Origin: Catajapyx aquilonaris
Taxonomy: Eukaryota
Length of the DNA stretch: 64,000 nucleotides
Assembly (NCBI GenBank): GCA_000934665.2
Contig: JYFJ02001945.1
Coordinates: 1-64,000 of the forward strand
Direction of reading: 5' to 3'
In this document: in pieces, positions 1-12,620 of the stretch
Numbering within the stretch: position 1 is the stretch's first letter
How the letters are laid out: each line of letters opens with the position of its first letter
Program-made: the position numbers and the translations under genes
The notes under the pieces: model-generated
Told to the model about the DNA's origin: nothing
What the model saw: only the letters and a program-made list of their open reading frames with translations
Database searches by the model: none

Positions 1-399
1 TTTTCTACTTTTTCCCCTTTCCTCGAATCTGGGCATGCGCAGTTGGCTCCTCGCGGCTCCTCGTATGCGAGATTCTCGTACGTGGATACCAGCCTTTAAC
101 CTTGTTGAAAAATGGGGGCTATCTGTATCTTGGAAAATGAAGGCACAGCATAGTTCTGGCTGGAATGAAATGTGAAGTCATTGTTTGTCGGCCAAGTGGC
201 CATTGCTGCAGGCCGACCATGTTAAATAAAGCTGCTGATGATGCATAGTTCTGGCTGAATCATGCAACTATGTGTGTACGAGTGATGTAAAAAATTCTAG
301 GAAGGTGTAAGGAATCTCATGGTCAAATACAAGAAGGACTCTGGTATCACAGTTTTATTCTCCAGGCCTAGCGATAGTGTATTCATCTCCTACCTGGAA

Positions 400-1620
400 T
401 TATTAGAAACATTCATAGACACAGTCATGGCTCCATAGTGTAGGCTGAACCATGTCGTGTCTTCCTTTTCCAATAAATTTTGTCTCATTGCTGCGGAAAG
501 AAAAAAAAAAAAGCTCTGCATTTCCTTGGTACATGCCTGAAGGGGTTTCATAATCTTTATGACACAGCTGATGGCCCAATTCAGACTCCACCTATTGACA
601 ATATTGCTAGAGGCTTTGAGCATTTTTTTGTTTGAAGGAAGATTCTGTCCCAACACCTTATCTGACTGCTACCTTCTCCGGACAACCTAGTGCGATAACT
701 GAGTCAGTGAGTGTGATAACTGATAAGAAACTCATCAAGACACAGAGTTGTTGTGTGTCAAGGCACTTTGGCATTAATCTTATGTGAAACATGACAACTC
801 CATGTTTTGCTGAGCTTCTAATTGCCCTAAGTCATTGCAGTGGGAGGGGTTCGGATAAGGCTGCCACTTGTTTTTTAAACAGAAAATGCACAATTGGTAC
901 TAACTTATAGGTGGTCATACCAACTGCTGCCAGTGGCCGAACGAAATGTGGGAAATGATGACTGACTAGGTGCATTTGCTTAGGCACTTTACAGAAAAAT
1001 ATTATCTTGAAGTCTGACCTTTGGACTGATCTCCCTGGATTTCTACAAGTATACCAAAGAAATCATTTGCTTCTTCCTATATGCTGAACACTCACTTTTC
1101 TTTTTCCTAACTGTACTGTTTCTATTATTTTCTCTATTGTCCATCTTAAAAATTGGGTTACTTCAACTGGCAGAAAATTCACAAATACTTTAGCATTTTA
1201 GTTGCAGGATTGTTTAGGGATAGGCCAGTGGACTGTTAGTCCACAGGAAAATTTTATTTGGCTAAACTCATGCAGTGAGAAGGGGTTGCAGGTGTGTCCC
1301 AGGTGTGCCGTACTTATTTGTTGCTTCTTTTTCAGATTGAATGGGGTGCTTGCGGACTGGTTATATCAGGCAACATAGTGACATTCTTAACGATCCTTGG
1401 TTTCTTCTTGGCCTTCGAGAGTGATGACATTGATTACAGCATGTGGTGAAGATCGACGCAGGTCTTGCTCGTGGACAAACACTAAAATTGAGTGGATAGT
1501 TCATCAACTGCATTTCAAGGAAATATCATGGGAGAGGTTGGGGGCTAGATACTGTGAAAAATTTACATATATCACAGAAAATTCCATCAGGATTTATTGT
1601 GCAAACCACTGTTTGAGTGA
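400..1620 (-). mobile_element. Decayed hAT (Ac/ZBED-like) transposase fossil
   Basis: Minus-strand translation gives hAT motif remnants in the expected order, broken by stops and frameshifts: FSQYLAPNL (~1533-1559), QDN (1001-1009, cf. TDN), HISFGHWQQLV (918-950, cf. CxAHxLQLV), HKINAKVP/THNNS (~750-785, cf. VPTRWNS), WAISCVIKIMKPLQACTKEMQ (~516-578). Boundaries approximate; motifs matched by eye. Confidence 0.55.
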
Positions 1621-4298
1621 TATTTGTCACGTAAAATGCATCCATAGCTTTGATATGATAATTTCACTACCACGTATATTTGTGACTCTAACAACTCGGG
1701 TAAATTTTTTGCTAAACGTTGAGGTTCTCAGAGGGTGCCTGATTGCCTTATTTGCTTAGGCATATATATTACGTGCCCCAAGTGAGGGAAGTTTTCAAGC
1801 CCTTTGCTGCCAGATTTCTATCACCCCTTATAACCATGGTTGTGAGCGCTTATTTTGATTTCAAGAGATATTTAATTTACTGGAAGGTTTCGCAGGAAGA
1901 GTTGCTAAGTTTGCATCGACCTGTTGTGGCAGAGAATTTGTGACAAACTGGAAACATATTCACAAAAGTAATTGGAGCACACTCTGTAGGAATAAATCTT
2001 GGGAGGTTCACAATGTTATTGACTTAAATAATACGATATATAATTATAATATATGGTGTTTGAGAGGGGATCGAGATGGTTATTATGTAGCCTTAATGTA
2101 TATCGGCTCATGTAGGTATGGTCCCAATTGTACTTCCCCTCATTGTACCCTGTGCTAAATGTGCAACTTAACTACTGTAGTAATCATGTTTGTCTTGAAA
2201 TGTTGCACAAACAAATCCATAAATCATGTGTGTCCATGTCTAGCATGCCAGTGCAATTTTATTACAAAGTCTAAAAATTTCAAACATGGTTTCTGACATG
2301 ATACGTTTAGAAGTGTATGCTGCTGTACTTGAAGCAGATCAAGTGTGAACATGTAATGACAGTAATGAATAGTGTCCAGTATATTAATGCCGATGGTTTT
2401 ATAAATCTGGCGATGCTTCAGATTTAACATGGAAACTTCCTAGCCAATTGAAACCACATCAATGTTTCTATCTGAGTTGTTGTCAGGTAAATGGATGAAT
2501 ATTGTGTTGCTGTAACATACACATCAACCTCTATACTGATTTTTTGACAAAATCTTCAAGCATTTGTAACCACCACCCACTGTACTGGTACTGTGCAAGT
2601 TTTTCAAATTGTAATGACAGTGCCATCACTTCTGACTACTTGCCCAAATTTTTGTAACTATATTAAATTATTATGAACAGTACTTTAAATACATATATGA
2701 AATCTCACTCTGTATTTATTTCTCACCATTTCCAGATTCCGCTCAAGTTTATGACAGTTTAATCAGAGCGGTCCTGAGTTCGATTCCCAATTTTTGGCAT
2801 TCCAATAGTTATAGGAAAATTTATCGCTACAATTTGTTATAGTGAGAATATGTATATGAAAGAGTTATCTACTATGTCGACTGCCTATGTGGATGAAAAT
2901 TGGCTTATCATATGCCAATGTGATGCTATACTATTTGCTACCTACTGGCACTAGAATGATGCTTTGATTCTTGTGGCTTTTGTTATGGAAATGAACAATT
3001 AGCATTTCCATTCCCCCCCCCTTGCACCACATCAAAGCCATATTTCCTGCTTCGTGAATGTTTCTGACACACTCAAGTTATTCATAGTCCCTAAACCTTC
3101 ACATTTTTTTGGGGGGTTGCAAACCGCTGAATTTGCGTAGAAGCTGAGGACCGCCTTATAAATCCAATCCGTACAATTTCATGCACCATTTGCTTAAAAA
3201 TGTAGACTTGTTGCCAGAGGCAGAACCGTCATGATGAGAAATGACAAGCTAAGGATTGATAGCGGCAAGTGTGGTTAATGTGTTTGCAATTTCATAATTT
3301 TATTTATTTATTTTAAAACCATTTTGATGCCAGCTGCTTAATAACTTTGTCACACTTCCAGACATTTTTTTTTTCTTCTTCCAGTTCTCTCCTCCTTTTC
3401 TGTTCCAATCCAGCGGGTTTCCTTCTGCCACCACCCGACCACCACCCCTCCATTTGTGGAGACGATAGATGGAATTGAAATTGCAATGTCGAAGTTTGGG
3501 TGGGTGGGCGGAGAGGGTGGCAACCAGGTGTTCCATTTGGCTGGCTGGCTGGTTGCGAACTAGCAGGTTTTCCCTTGGTGAAAAGCGGGGCCAAAGACCT
3601 GCCATGCTCTCCTCTCCCCATATAAACCAAGCATGCCCTTCCTCCCAGCTTATCGACCCTCTCTCTCTCTGGGTTGGGTTCGGGTGGGTGGGTGGACAGA
3701 GAGTGGGTGGGTGAGAGACCAGAAAGGGGTGTGGGGGGTATAGGGGAGGATCACCTGGTTCCACAAATCTCTGCCTCTTGTTGCTCCTAAGGTTTATCAC
3801 AATGAAACCCTAATTTCACAACAAAAGCTTTCCGGGGAAATATAATAGAATTAGAGATGTAATGGGAGGGATGTACGGAGACAATGAGGACAGGTTTTTT
3901 TCTTTCGTACATCTCCAGGGGGGGAAACCTCTTGTAATAATCTCAGAAGACTATTATTCGTACCAGGAGGATGTGATGACAAAGACAAAATATAGTCGAT
4001 GCTATATAACTGGATTTTCAAGTTGTAAATTATGCCAGGTGTCACAGGGATTACTGGAGGAGCAAGACACCCTGTTTTCCTCCAGTGTTTTATTAGACGA
4101 TTGTTTCTTCATGAATGTCATGCCTTGAGGGTAGTCATAGAGAAACGTAGAGCTGCAGTTGATATCAGAATACATTTTCTCCTGAGGGTGAGGTCTCATG
4201 TTTCTTACCTTCATCGCAGATTGTCTATTTTTATTCCCCGAAAAGTGAGCTCATCTGCTGATATCGGTTCAATGAAAAACATGTCTGTTCATCTATAA

Positions 4299-4491
4299 CA
4301 GTGGTTCCCAACCTTCGGGTCGCGACCCCCTTTCATGATAGTCAAGTCATCTGTAGTAGGCGTTGAAAAAAGAACCGCCGTGAAGAAATTTCCTATAAAA
4401 TTTATTCTATTTATATATTTTTTACCTTTAGTTATTTTTAATTGATAAAAATTATCGCAGCCACGCACGTCCCACTGGTTGGAAACCGCTT
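4299..4491. mobile_element. Non-autonomous hAT (Charlie-like) MITE, 193 bp
   Basis: Left TIR CAGTGGTTCCCAACC and right TIR GGTTGGAAACCGCTT (12/15 complementary). 8-bp target-site duplication ATCTATAA (4291-4298) / TTCTATAA (4492-4499). Internal GGGTCGCGACCC palindrome is typical of this MITE type. Confidence 0.85.
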
Positions 4492-4492
4492 T

Positions 4493-4566
4493 TCTATAAT
4501 ATTAAAATCCTTCGCTATTTGACCCAGTCCTCTGATTGGTCCTGCCCGCTTATTGTTCCCGCGACG
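4493..4566 (+). mobile_element. Dispersed repeat family copy D (Helitron-like 5' part), interrupted at its start by the hAT MITE
   Basis: TCTATAATATTAAAATCCTT and CTGATTGGTCC...TATTGTTCCCGCGACG match the copies at 51518, 44634 (-) and 18988. Confidence 0.6.
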
Positions 4567-7500
4567 TGTGGTATAAGTAAAAACTATGACGTTTAGGTTT
4601 CATATTTCACAAACAAATATCTGGATTTGCAAAAAAAAAAAAAAAAAAAATGAAAATGACCCAACACCTCAACTTTTCATCCCCCTCTTCCGCCCACCCT
4701 ACCCAGCAGTTTTCAACGCATGCGTCCTAGAAACTTTAGTATGAAAAGTCTTCACGCCGCGCCGTGTACTACCTAAACCTGCTTAAACAACCTCGACACA
4801 TACATACTGTATATATACATGTTAAGGGTAATGTACTTGAAGCCTGAAACAAGTTATCATGTCTGCAACGAGCCCAACTAATTGAACTTAATTGTGATGC
4901 TAATTGGCACTCAATCAGGACTTTCTGATGATATAGGACCCATTCTACCTCTTCAACTTGCAAGTTTGTATGTGAACTATGAAGTGCTTTAGTTGCGAAA
5001 GTTTACCGCGTGGGATGTGAACAAGTTACAGTGTTCGGATGTGTAGAATATTCATCCTGGAAATTAGACTCCATGTTGAACAAGAGAGCCACGAGGGTAG
5101 CTCTCGATATTCAGGACAATGCTTTACACTCGTGTTGAGAAGGACACACTAACCTGGTTTAGCCCCCCCCCCNCCCCGAAATAAACAAGATCTCTCAGGC
5201 ATAGCAGAAAGTAGTCAAAATGAAAACAAAAAGGGGGACTAGCCCAACACAATCTCTGGATTCGGACATAACAACATGCGGATCACGCGTTTGATTATAG
5301 TGAAGTTGAGGGTAATGCATTATTGAAGGCTTCACAAAGCAGGAGGCCCCCCACAAGCTTCCTAGGTCCCCATTTTCTTGCACAGCAGTCAAACTCCTTC
5401 GGTAGTCATGAGCTGTGTAAGTAGACGTGATAAGAATCTGTTAGATTCAAAGGGCCCTCCTCCTCCACCCTTGCTTTCTTTTCAAGTAGCTGGGATTGGA
5501 ACCGGGGCATAATTATCTCGCTGGCCGCATCCCTCCAAAGTTAGATAGAGAGACTAGTGAAAAAAGGGAAGATTTTTTTTTTTTGTGTGGCCCTGCAGAG
5601 AATTATGCAATTGAACATCATTTTGTTTACACGGGCAAACGTTGGAATTAACTTACATTCACCGGGGGGACCTGGGAAAGTCTAAATTCAAGCCAGATTC
5701 AATAAGCGTGTTTAATTGGCACGGGAGGGTGGGGGGGATCAACATAATGTTGTGCTTAATTTAATTTGCCATGGGTTTTTACCCTGGTATAAAATCGAAG
5801 GCCGAGCGATAACTGGTGGGAAATACCTGGAAAAAAAAGAACGGTAAAAAAAAGTAGCAAGAGCGACACCGAAGCTATGTATTTGATTGGCTTCAACAGA
5901 GCTGCAAAAAGGACCGCCGAAGCTTTTGATCCTTCCCGAAAAAAACCTGTTCGTGCTAGTGACGTCATTTCTCTCCCACAGGGTGCTTTGTGATCAGAGC
6001 GAAAGAGGTCCAAACTATTTTTCCACTGGGGGTTTTACCTGTAAAAGGTGTTGGGGGGGTTCTGTAAGGGGGGAAAAAAAAAGTTTGGATCGCCGCAGCC
6101 AAAAAGGGATTTGTTGAGAGTTTGGGATTTTTTTTGGGGGGGGGGGGTGAGTTCTGAACTACAGGATGGTTCAGATTAACTGAAATAATGTGACTGGATG
6201 AAGCATATTTTTTATTTAAAAAAACAAAGAGTGATCAGGCATATGTCATCTGATTGGAAGAGAGTGGCCTAGTTTTCCATTGGAGGTTGTCGTGCAATCC
6301 GGCAGGCACTTGACTTCATTTGCAGCCGGGGGATTTTGCTGACATTCATTAATGATCAAAACGGCATTGATTTTAGCCTAATGGCAATGGCGGCACCGGA
6401 TTTTTCCAGAGCAGATTTTTTCTTTGCAAATGTGTGTTTTTTTTGCAGAAAAAGTACAGGGTGATACAAGAAGGATATATTTTAATAATTGAAGCAATGA
6501 GCTGCACATTTTCTAGAAGTTATCACAGGTTTCAATGGGTGTCATATGAATAGGGTTTTCTCTTCCTCCGGTACTGTATGGCGGTGACACCATCAAAGGC
6601 GGTTTGCACTCTCGGGCTCAACCTTTTAGCTATTCCCAGACATTCCGACGTTACGCACAAAAGGTATTAATTATGCAGAAAGTATGCGCACAATGTTACT
6701 TCCCCAAGTGATTCAGAGGAAGCGAATGTGTTTATGATGGTCCTTTGTGGTGTAAAGTGAATAAGGAAAACTGATTCTCAGCACTCTCATTCCATTTGAG
6801 CATTAATAAGCGGGAGAAATATTGAGCAGCAAAAAAGGAGGAACGCATTTTATTAAAATTTAAAACTGATGTAATTATCGACTATTTTTCCACATCACAT
6901 CGTGGTATATTTCTGGACAAAAATTTCATTTCAACATAAATAATAATAAAATTTTTTCATATAATAATACGTGGAACGAGTAGCCTACGTGGAAAATGTG
7001 AGTGAAAACTGAAGATTTATAAGCGGAATATGAATATGCTTAAGAGGAATGCAAAAAAGTAGTCAAATTTCCATCCACGTCTGTTGAACAATTTATTCAT
7101 TAATTAGTATACGTACAAATGGATCCCCCCCCCCCCCCGTTTATTTATGTAACTGGCTAAATCTTCCACATTTTCACTTTAAAAAAATTCCTCGACATAT
7201 TCTGCATTAAATGAAAAATATGTCCATTAAACCGTTGCTTAAATATGCGGGAAAAAACACTCGATTTTCTCTCTTGCTAAGTGCTTAGTGAAAATATGCA
7301 GGTGTTCACAATGGACGGTTTGACATAATCCGAGATTTTCTTCTTAATTTGCATTCATTCAACTGGCCCTGAAAGACCTACAGTCGTGAATTTCGAAGGG
7401 CAAAAAAATATCGTAATGCGCTTATTTTTGCACCCAAAGCATGTGACGCCAGCAGTATGAGTAAATTACACTCATCACTTTATAACTTTACCCTACATCA

Positions 7501-10500
7501 GCGAGTGATTATGGCAGCCACTGTAATTAAAGCCTGTTAATAAGGGAATGCACCGAGAGGACATTATTTACATTACCCGATGGACACGTTAAGCTACTTT
7601 TTCTGCAAAAAAAAAATCCGACCGTCTATTGATGATCAGGCAGTGTACGTAATGCGTTTAAAAAATTTATCCATGACAGTGTCCCCAACTTTTGAAAGTT
7701 TAGAATAAATTCAGCCATCCATGCAATGCATCGTAGGGAATGTCCGGAGAGGTACGTCCCACGAATCGAGAAATTCCATTTGCACCTCATGGCAACGTAC
7801 AGCATGTGCGCCTAATTGCATGGGAGAAAATTCTATTGCCAGGAGACTGGCTCATGAAGTCCTGGTCTCCCTGCAAGCTGATGCACTCGTCTAATTACCC
7901 GCAGTGCTTTGTAGGGGGTCGGTAGGGGGATCCCAATTCCACCCACCGAGCAATTTTACTGTGCTATGGCGTTTCCCAGGAGAGAGTAGAAGGCAGGCAA
8001 AAGGAAAGGTCAAGCACCACCTAATTATCGCCTAATTACTGCCACGGCCGCTCGATATATACAGTACATTCTACCCCTGCGGAATCGGGGACGTGACCCC
8101 CAGCGGGACAGGACAGATAGAATAAGGTTGGCTACACTGTGCAACCCACTCCGGACAACCCAAAGGAGGATATGTAAATTCCTGGCGACAAAAAAAACCT
8201 GCTGAAATGAATTTTTCTGATATATTGATTATGGATTGGTTTTGCTGCCCAATTTTGTTTTTAAAAATGTGCAGTTCAGAGGGGGATTTATTTTAAAAAT
8301 AATTATTGAACATTAAAGTTCCATGCTAGGATGCCATGTTATGGACAAAGTAGGAATTTTCAACTTGAAATTTTTGTGGGCCTTTGAACCGAAAGGGGAC
8401 ACTGGAATGCAACCTGTTTAGTTTTTTTGAAACACAGTACATGGTGTCATATTGAATTATTCCAAGATGAAACTTTTCATCATTTTTTTTTTGCTCGAGG
8501 CGCCATTATGCCATGGGGAGCCAATTAAGTTTTGGCGACGTTTCCATACGAATTATGAGGAATATCCTGTTGGTTTTATGGCGTACCTGTTGCCTACTGT
8601 GCAAGGATATTTCCTATAACTCAAACGGCGACTTAACCTAAATCTAATTATTCCATCCGGATGCATAGATTCTACCTGCCGTACTGGATTTACTGACAAA
8701 CCCTTGCGTATTGTACAAAATAATTGATCCCATTTTGCCCGAACACATTGCACAGCTTATCAGTCCTGACAAAAGGTGTGGCAAGCTATTATTCCTGCGG
8801 TTTACGAGCTATCAGTACTCAAATCCTATCAGCTAGCACATTGCTTTTGGCTCACCCGGTTTTTTGGCAAGACCTTTCCAGAGCAGTCGACCTCATACGT
8901 ACTACAGCAGGAGCCTCTCACTTCAATGATCCAGTGTAATCTATACATCTGAAGTGCACCCATGGGAGTAGGCCTGAGGAGGGTGGTGTGCGAGCGGTTA
9001 TTAATGAGGCCTCGCTCATTAACGGGCAAAAGGGACAGATGCAAACAGCTATCACGCACAGTGTTCATCCGAAACTAATTAGCGCCATGGCCGTGACCAG
9101 AACACCCTCTGCTCTCGGTACCATTCCAAAAATGAATCATTATATACCTTTCGCTAAAGAATTACCTGACCACCCTACTAAAAATTACAGCCATTAACTG
9201 ACAAATCGCAGTTTACACAAATTTTGCATCCCCATTGTTATGAAAGTGGCAGAGCATATATTTTCTGCTCCCTCCAAAAATAATTTTCCAGAGTTACAAA
9301 GTGGCGCAGTGTGAAAAGTCTGCAAATATTTATCGCAAGTTGTGCGACAGGCTTCCGACCGCTTTTAAATTCGCAAGCAATCCCTTTGCAATAGGAACTA
9401 ATTTAATACTTGCCTTCAAGCCCCGTGTATTGCAGGGGGTTGGTTGGTGCGCAGGTTTCATCCCGAATTGCGTCAGTGTCAAGTGGCCTAGCAGCCGGAA
9501 GCAAATCCATGCAGAATAATGAAAGCAATAGTTTATAAATGTCCTGGACCGGGGGACCACCCCCAGTGTATTCAGGGCGCTATAATAACTGTCCAACCGT
9601 ATACCATAATAAATCAATGCAACAAACACCGAACGCCAAACACAATAAACATACAGTTTAAACCTTGCCTCGAAAAGTGATATCAGTGTGAAACAGTTTT
9701 AACGCGTATATTGAAACTTATCATCACGTGCATGATACTGTTTCTGGTGGTTTTAAATGGCTACCCCCCTGCAAACCCATTATTTTGTGTGAGGTGTGTC
9801 AGAAAATGCTGAAGTAGTGTGCATACATGAATGAATTAAAATTTGAGGAGTATGTAGTTTTTTGGGGGAGTATACTAGTAAACATGTTGCCAAAATCGGT
9901 ATGACAGTGACAATCAAACAACTTTAATGGGAGAAGGCCCGCCGATTTACCACTTCGTACTAATCTTCACGCATAGATGGCGCTACTCCCCTGCACACTC
10001 CTGCCACAGTGCGAGGGATAGCGATACTATCATGTCGGACAAACAACAGACGGAGAGAATTAGCCTATTAGGAGAAATATCCATGCTACAAAATAAAACG
10101 TCCAAAGATTCAATAATGCAAAGATGACCTCTAGAACTGAGTGTGCAATTCCTAGATCAACTGTTGGATCCGTTACTATTTAATGGGAGTTGGTAGATCG
10201 ACGGTTTAAAGATAGATATTGCACCGATGTTGTGAGCCAGGGTCCATCTGATAACATGTACTCTATCGGGCAGCACTATATGAAAAATGTATGAGCCAAC
10301 TCCATTTGAGACGAAACAGCACCGATTTTCCGATACCCGGGGAGTCCCCACACCATTATTTTTGTAGCCAATAAGGACGTGGTCATTGAGTTTAAACTCA
10401 ATGGCCCTGGTGGGGATATGGGAAGGGTTAGCTTGTTCACTTCAAGAGCTGAAAAAAAACAACTTGTCTTATGAGCAAAGTGGGACCTTTTGAGAAAGAA

Positions 10501-12339
10501 AGGGTTCTCACAAGGACAACAGTGAAACCCAAAAGGTTTTTATAGAGTCAATAATTGGTGGTTTTTTCTATCAATAAACATGGTGGTGCATTGCTGTATT
10601 TTCTACTTAACTTGGCTTAATCCAACTGCATGCTCATGCCTCACAATAATCCTGTCACCAGAAACACAACAATGCTTTCTGGACATTTCCTCGTCCCAGT
10701 CGCAATCACTGTCCAACGCATGCAGGCACGACATTTTCCAAAGGTCCCCGCCCCAAAAAAAAAAAAACCTCGGTTGGTGCTGTGTACCCACGGACAACCT
10801 TCGTGTTTGCACCTACTTTTTATCCGAATCCTTCGGGAACTTATTAGCGCCTGGTCATTGCCGCTAGCAACTTCCTCTCTAATGTCCCTGGCTATATAAC
10901 CCGCGCTGTGGGTTACATTTTCGGTGCGTATATTCCAAGCACTGTGCGTGTGCTAAAGTGTCAACCAGCAGTCACATTACTGCTCCCGCATGCACTGTGA
11001 AATTGGACAAGTGCTGTGACGCAGTTGTAACAAAAAAAAAGAGTGACTATGCCAAATAAGGCGACGGAAGCATGGAACTTTGGTGGCAGGTTATGGCAAG
11101 AGAAGAAAAGTTACTAGAGGACCAGACACATTTTGCGTATAACAAAAAAACAAGGCATGAATAATTTAATTTTTGGGCTGGAGATATTATCCCCGTGTTA
11201 CGCATAAACGCAGCTTGGAAAAGGGTAGTACTGCGTATGTTCATCATTTAGTGAAGGTGTTTTTTTTGTGGGACCGTACTTACGTGTAATGTTTTTGCAT
11301 AATATTGCAGAGCCGTACAGAGTCCTGTGTGCCAAAGCAGAGGCCAGCTTTATACAGAATTTTAGAGAGTTAGGCTTTGCTACAAACGGGTTTTAGTTTC
11401 CACAGGTCTATACTTTCGGAGGCTAAAAACTTTTCCCCGAATAATATGGGAGGTTATACCAGGCTTTGTAATGATTTGGATCCTCTCACTTTGTGTTGTT
11501 AATATTTTGTATACAGAGTGTTCAAACTGATTTGTACTTAGTTGTCAATATTATTGGCATAGACTGTTATATATTTTAAGTTGCTACTTTTAGTGCAATC
11601 TTTTTTCGAAAAAGCACGTACTATATCTTGCATCAGTGCTTCCCAGTCGAATTACAAAGCCTGTTAGATCCGTTAACAATCCCGGAAGAGTTTCTGGAGT
11701 AATTTCTGAGCTGTGAACTAGAGACATTAAAAGACTCCAGCAAAAAAAGAGAAAGAGGCTGATCCCCCGCCTGGTTGTTCCAGTGTCCATCACAGGAATG
11801 GCATCTTGTACGACTATTGCTCGACAGTTGGGACATAAATCCAGTCCTGAATTGGAGGAGTCTAGAGCAGAGAGGCCATGGGGTTGAGCACGCTACGCCC
11901 TTCAGTTTGTTCTCGTGTCGACGTTAGATGCGCTTGCGTTGTCAATCCGTCAAGAACGAGAAAAGTTGGGTTGAGGGCTAAGCCTCGTTTTTTTTTCTTC
12001 CTCTGTTTACGTGGACGGCATGAAATGCGAGGTTCGACCGCGACTGAAACCAAAGAACAGATTGACACCATCTTTCTTCTGCTACGAACGTGCTGCAGAC
12101 ATTTATTGTTCTTTACGACAGATGGAATTTTACCCCAATTTTTCCAAATTAAATCTACAGTGTAATTAGCAGAGAATTGTGGCTTCAACAAAAAAAATAT
12201 CTACTGTGATTATTTTATAAAGCAGCAGTTTGCGACTGATACACTCTGAGCGATAATCCAACTCGAGAGCAACAATATTGCAATTAACAAGTACCCTGCA
12301 GATAAATCCGTGGTGTAATCGCTGCTTCGCATGAATAGT

Positions 12340-12620
12340 AAGCAATAGTCAAGATGTCATTCTCAAGCTGCGCATAACTTATTAGAATTTTGATATCGAT
12401 TACGAAGGAGTCGATTATTACTTGCCGAAGTTATTGTTCACAGCGTCTTATTAACAGCGAGCTTCCTGGATCTGTCAACTAATTACAGGGAGGCAAATGG
12501 TAAAGTTCATTAATGCAGTGTCTATTGCATCAGTGAAGTTTCTAAATTGGAAGCTATCTAGCGGAGGTGTATCAAGTGTTACCTACTTACCAGCGGATCA
12601 GGTGCAGGAAATCCAATTTT
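12340..12620 (+). mobile_element. Decayed mariner transposase fragment
   Basis: DYEGVDYY (12398-12421, cf. WDxxGVxYY), INSE...CQL (from 12450, cf. TINSxxYCQQL) and QVLP (12573-12584, cf. VLPHPPYSPD), in order with frameshifts. Confidence 0.4.

Noticed and set aside
31..98. HDV-like ribozyme suggested by TCCTCGC
   Set aside because: P1/P3 pairings cannot be formed; more likely the truncated end of a TTAA-flanked MITE.
2770..2788. tRNA gene suggested by B-box GAGTTCGATTCCC
   Set aside because: No A box or cloverleaf; at most a SINE remnant.
3300..3800. 166-aa minus-strand ORF
   Set aside because: Low-complexity translation of G/C runs and a poly-T tract; no domain recognised.
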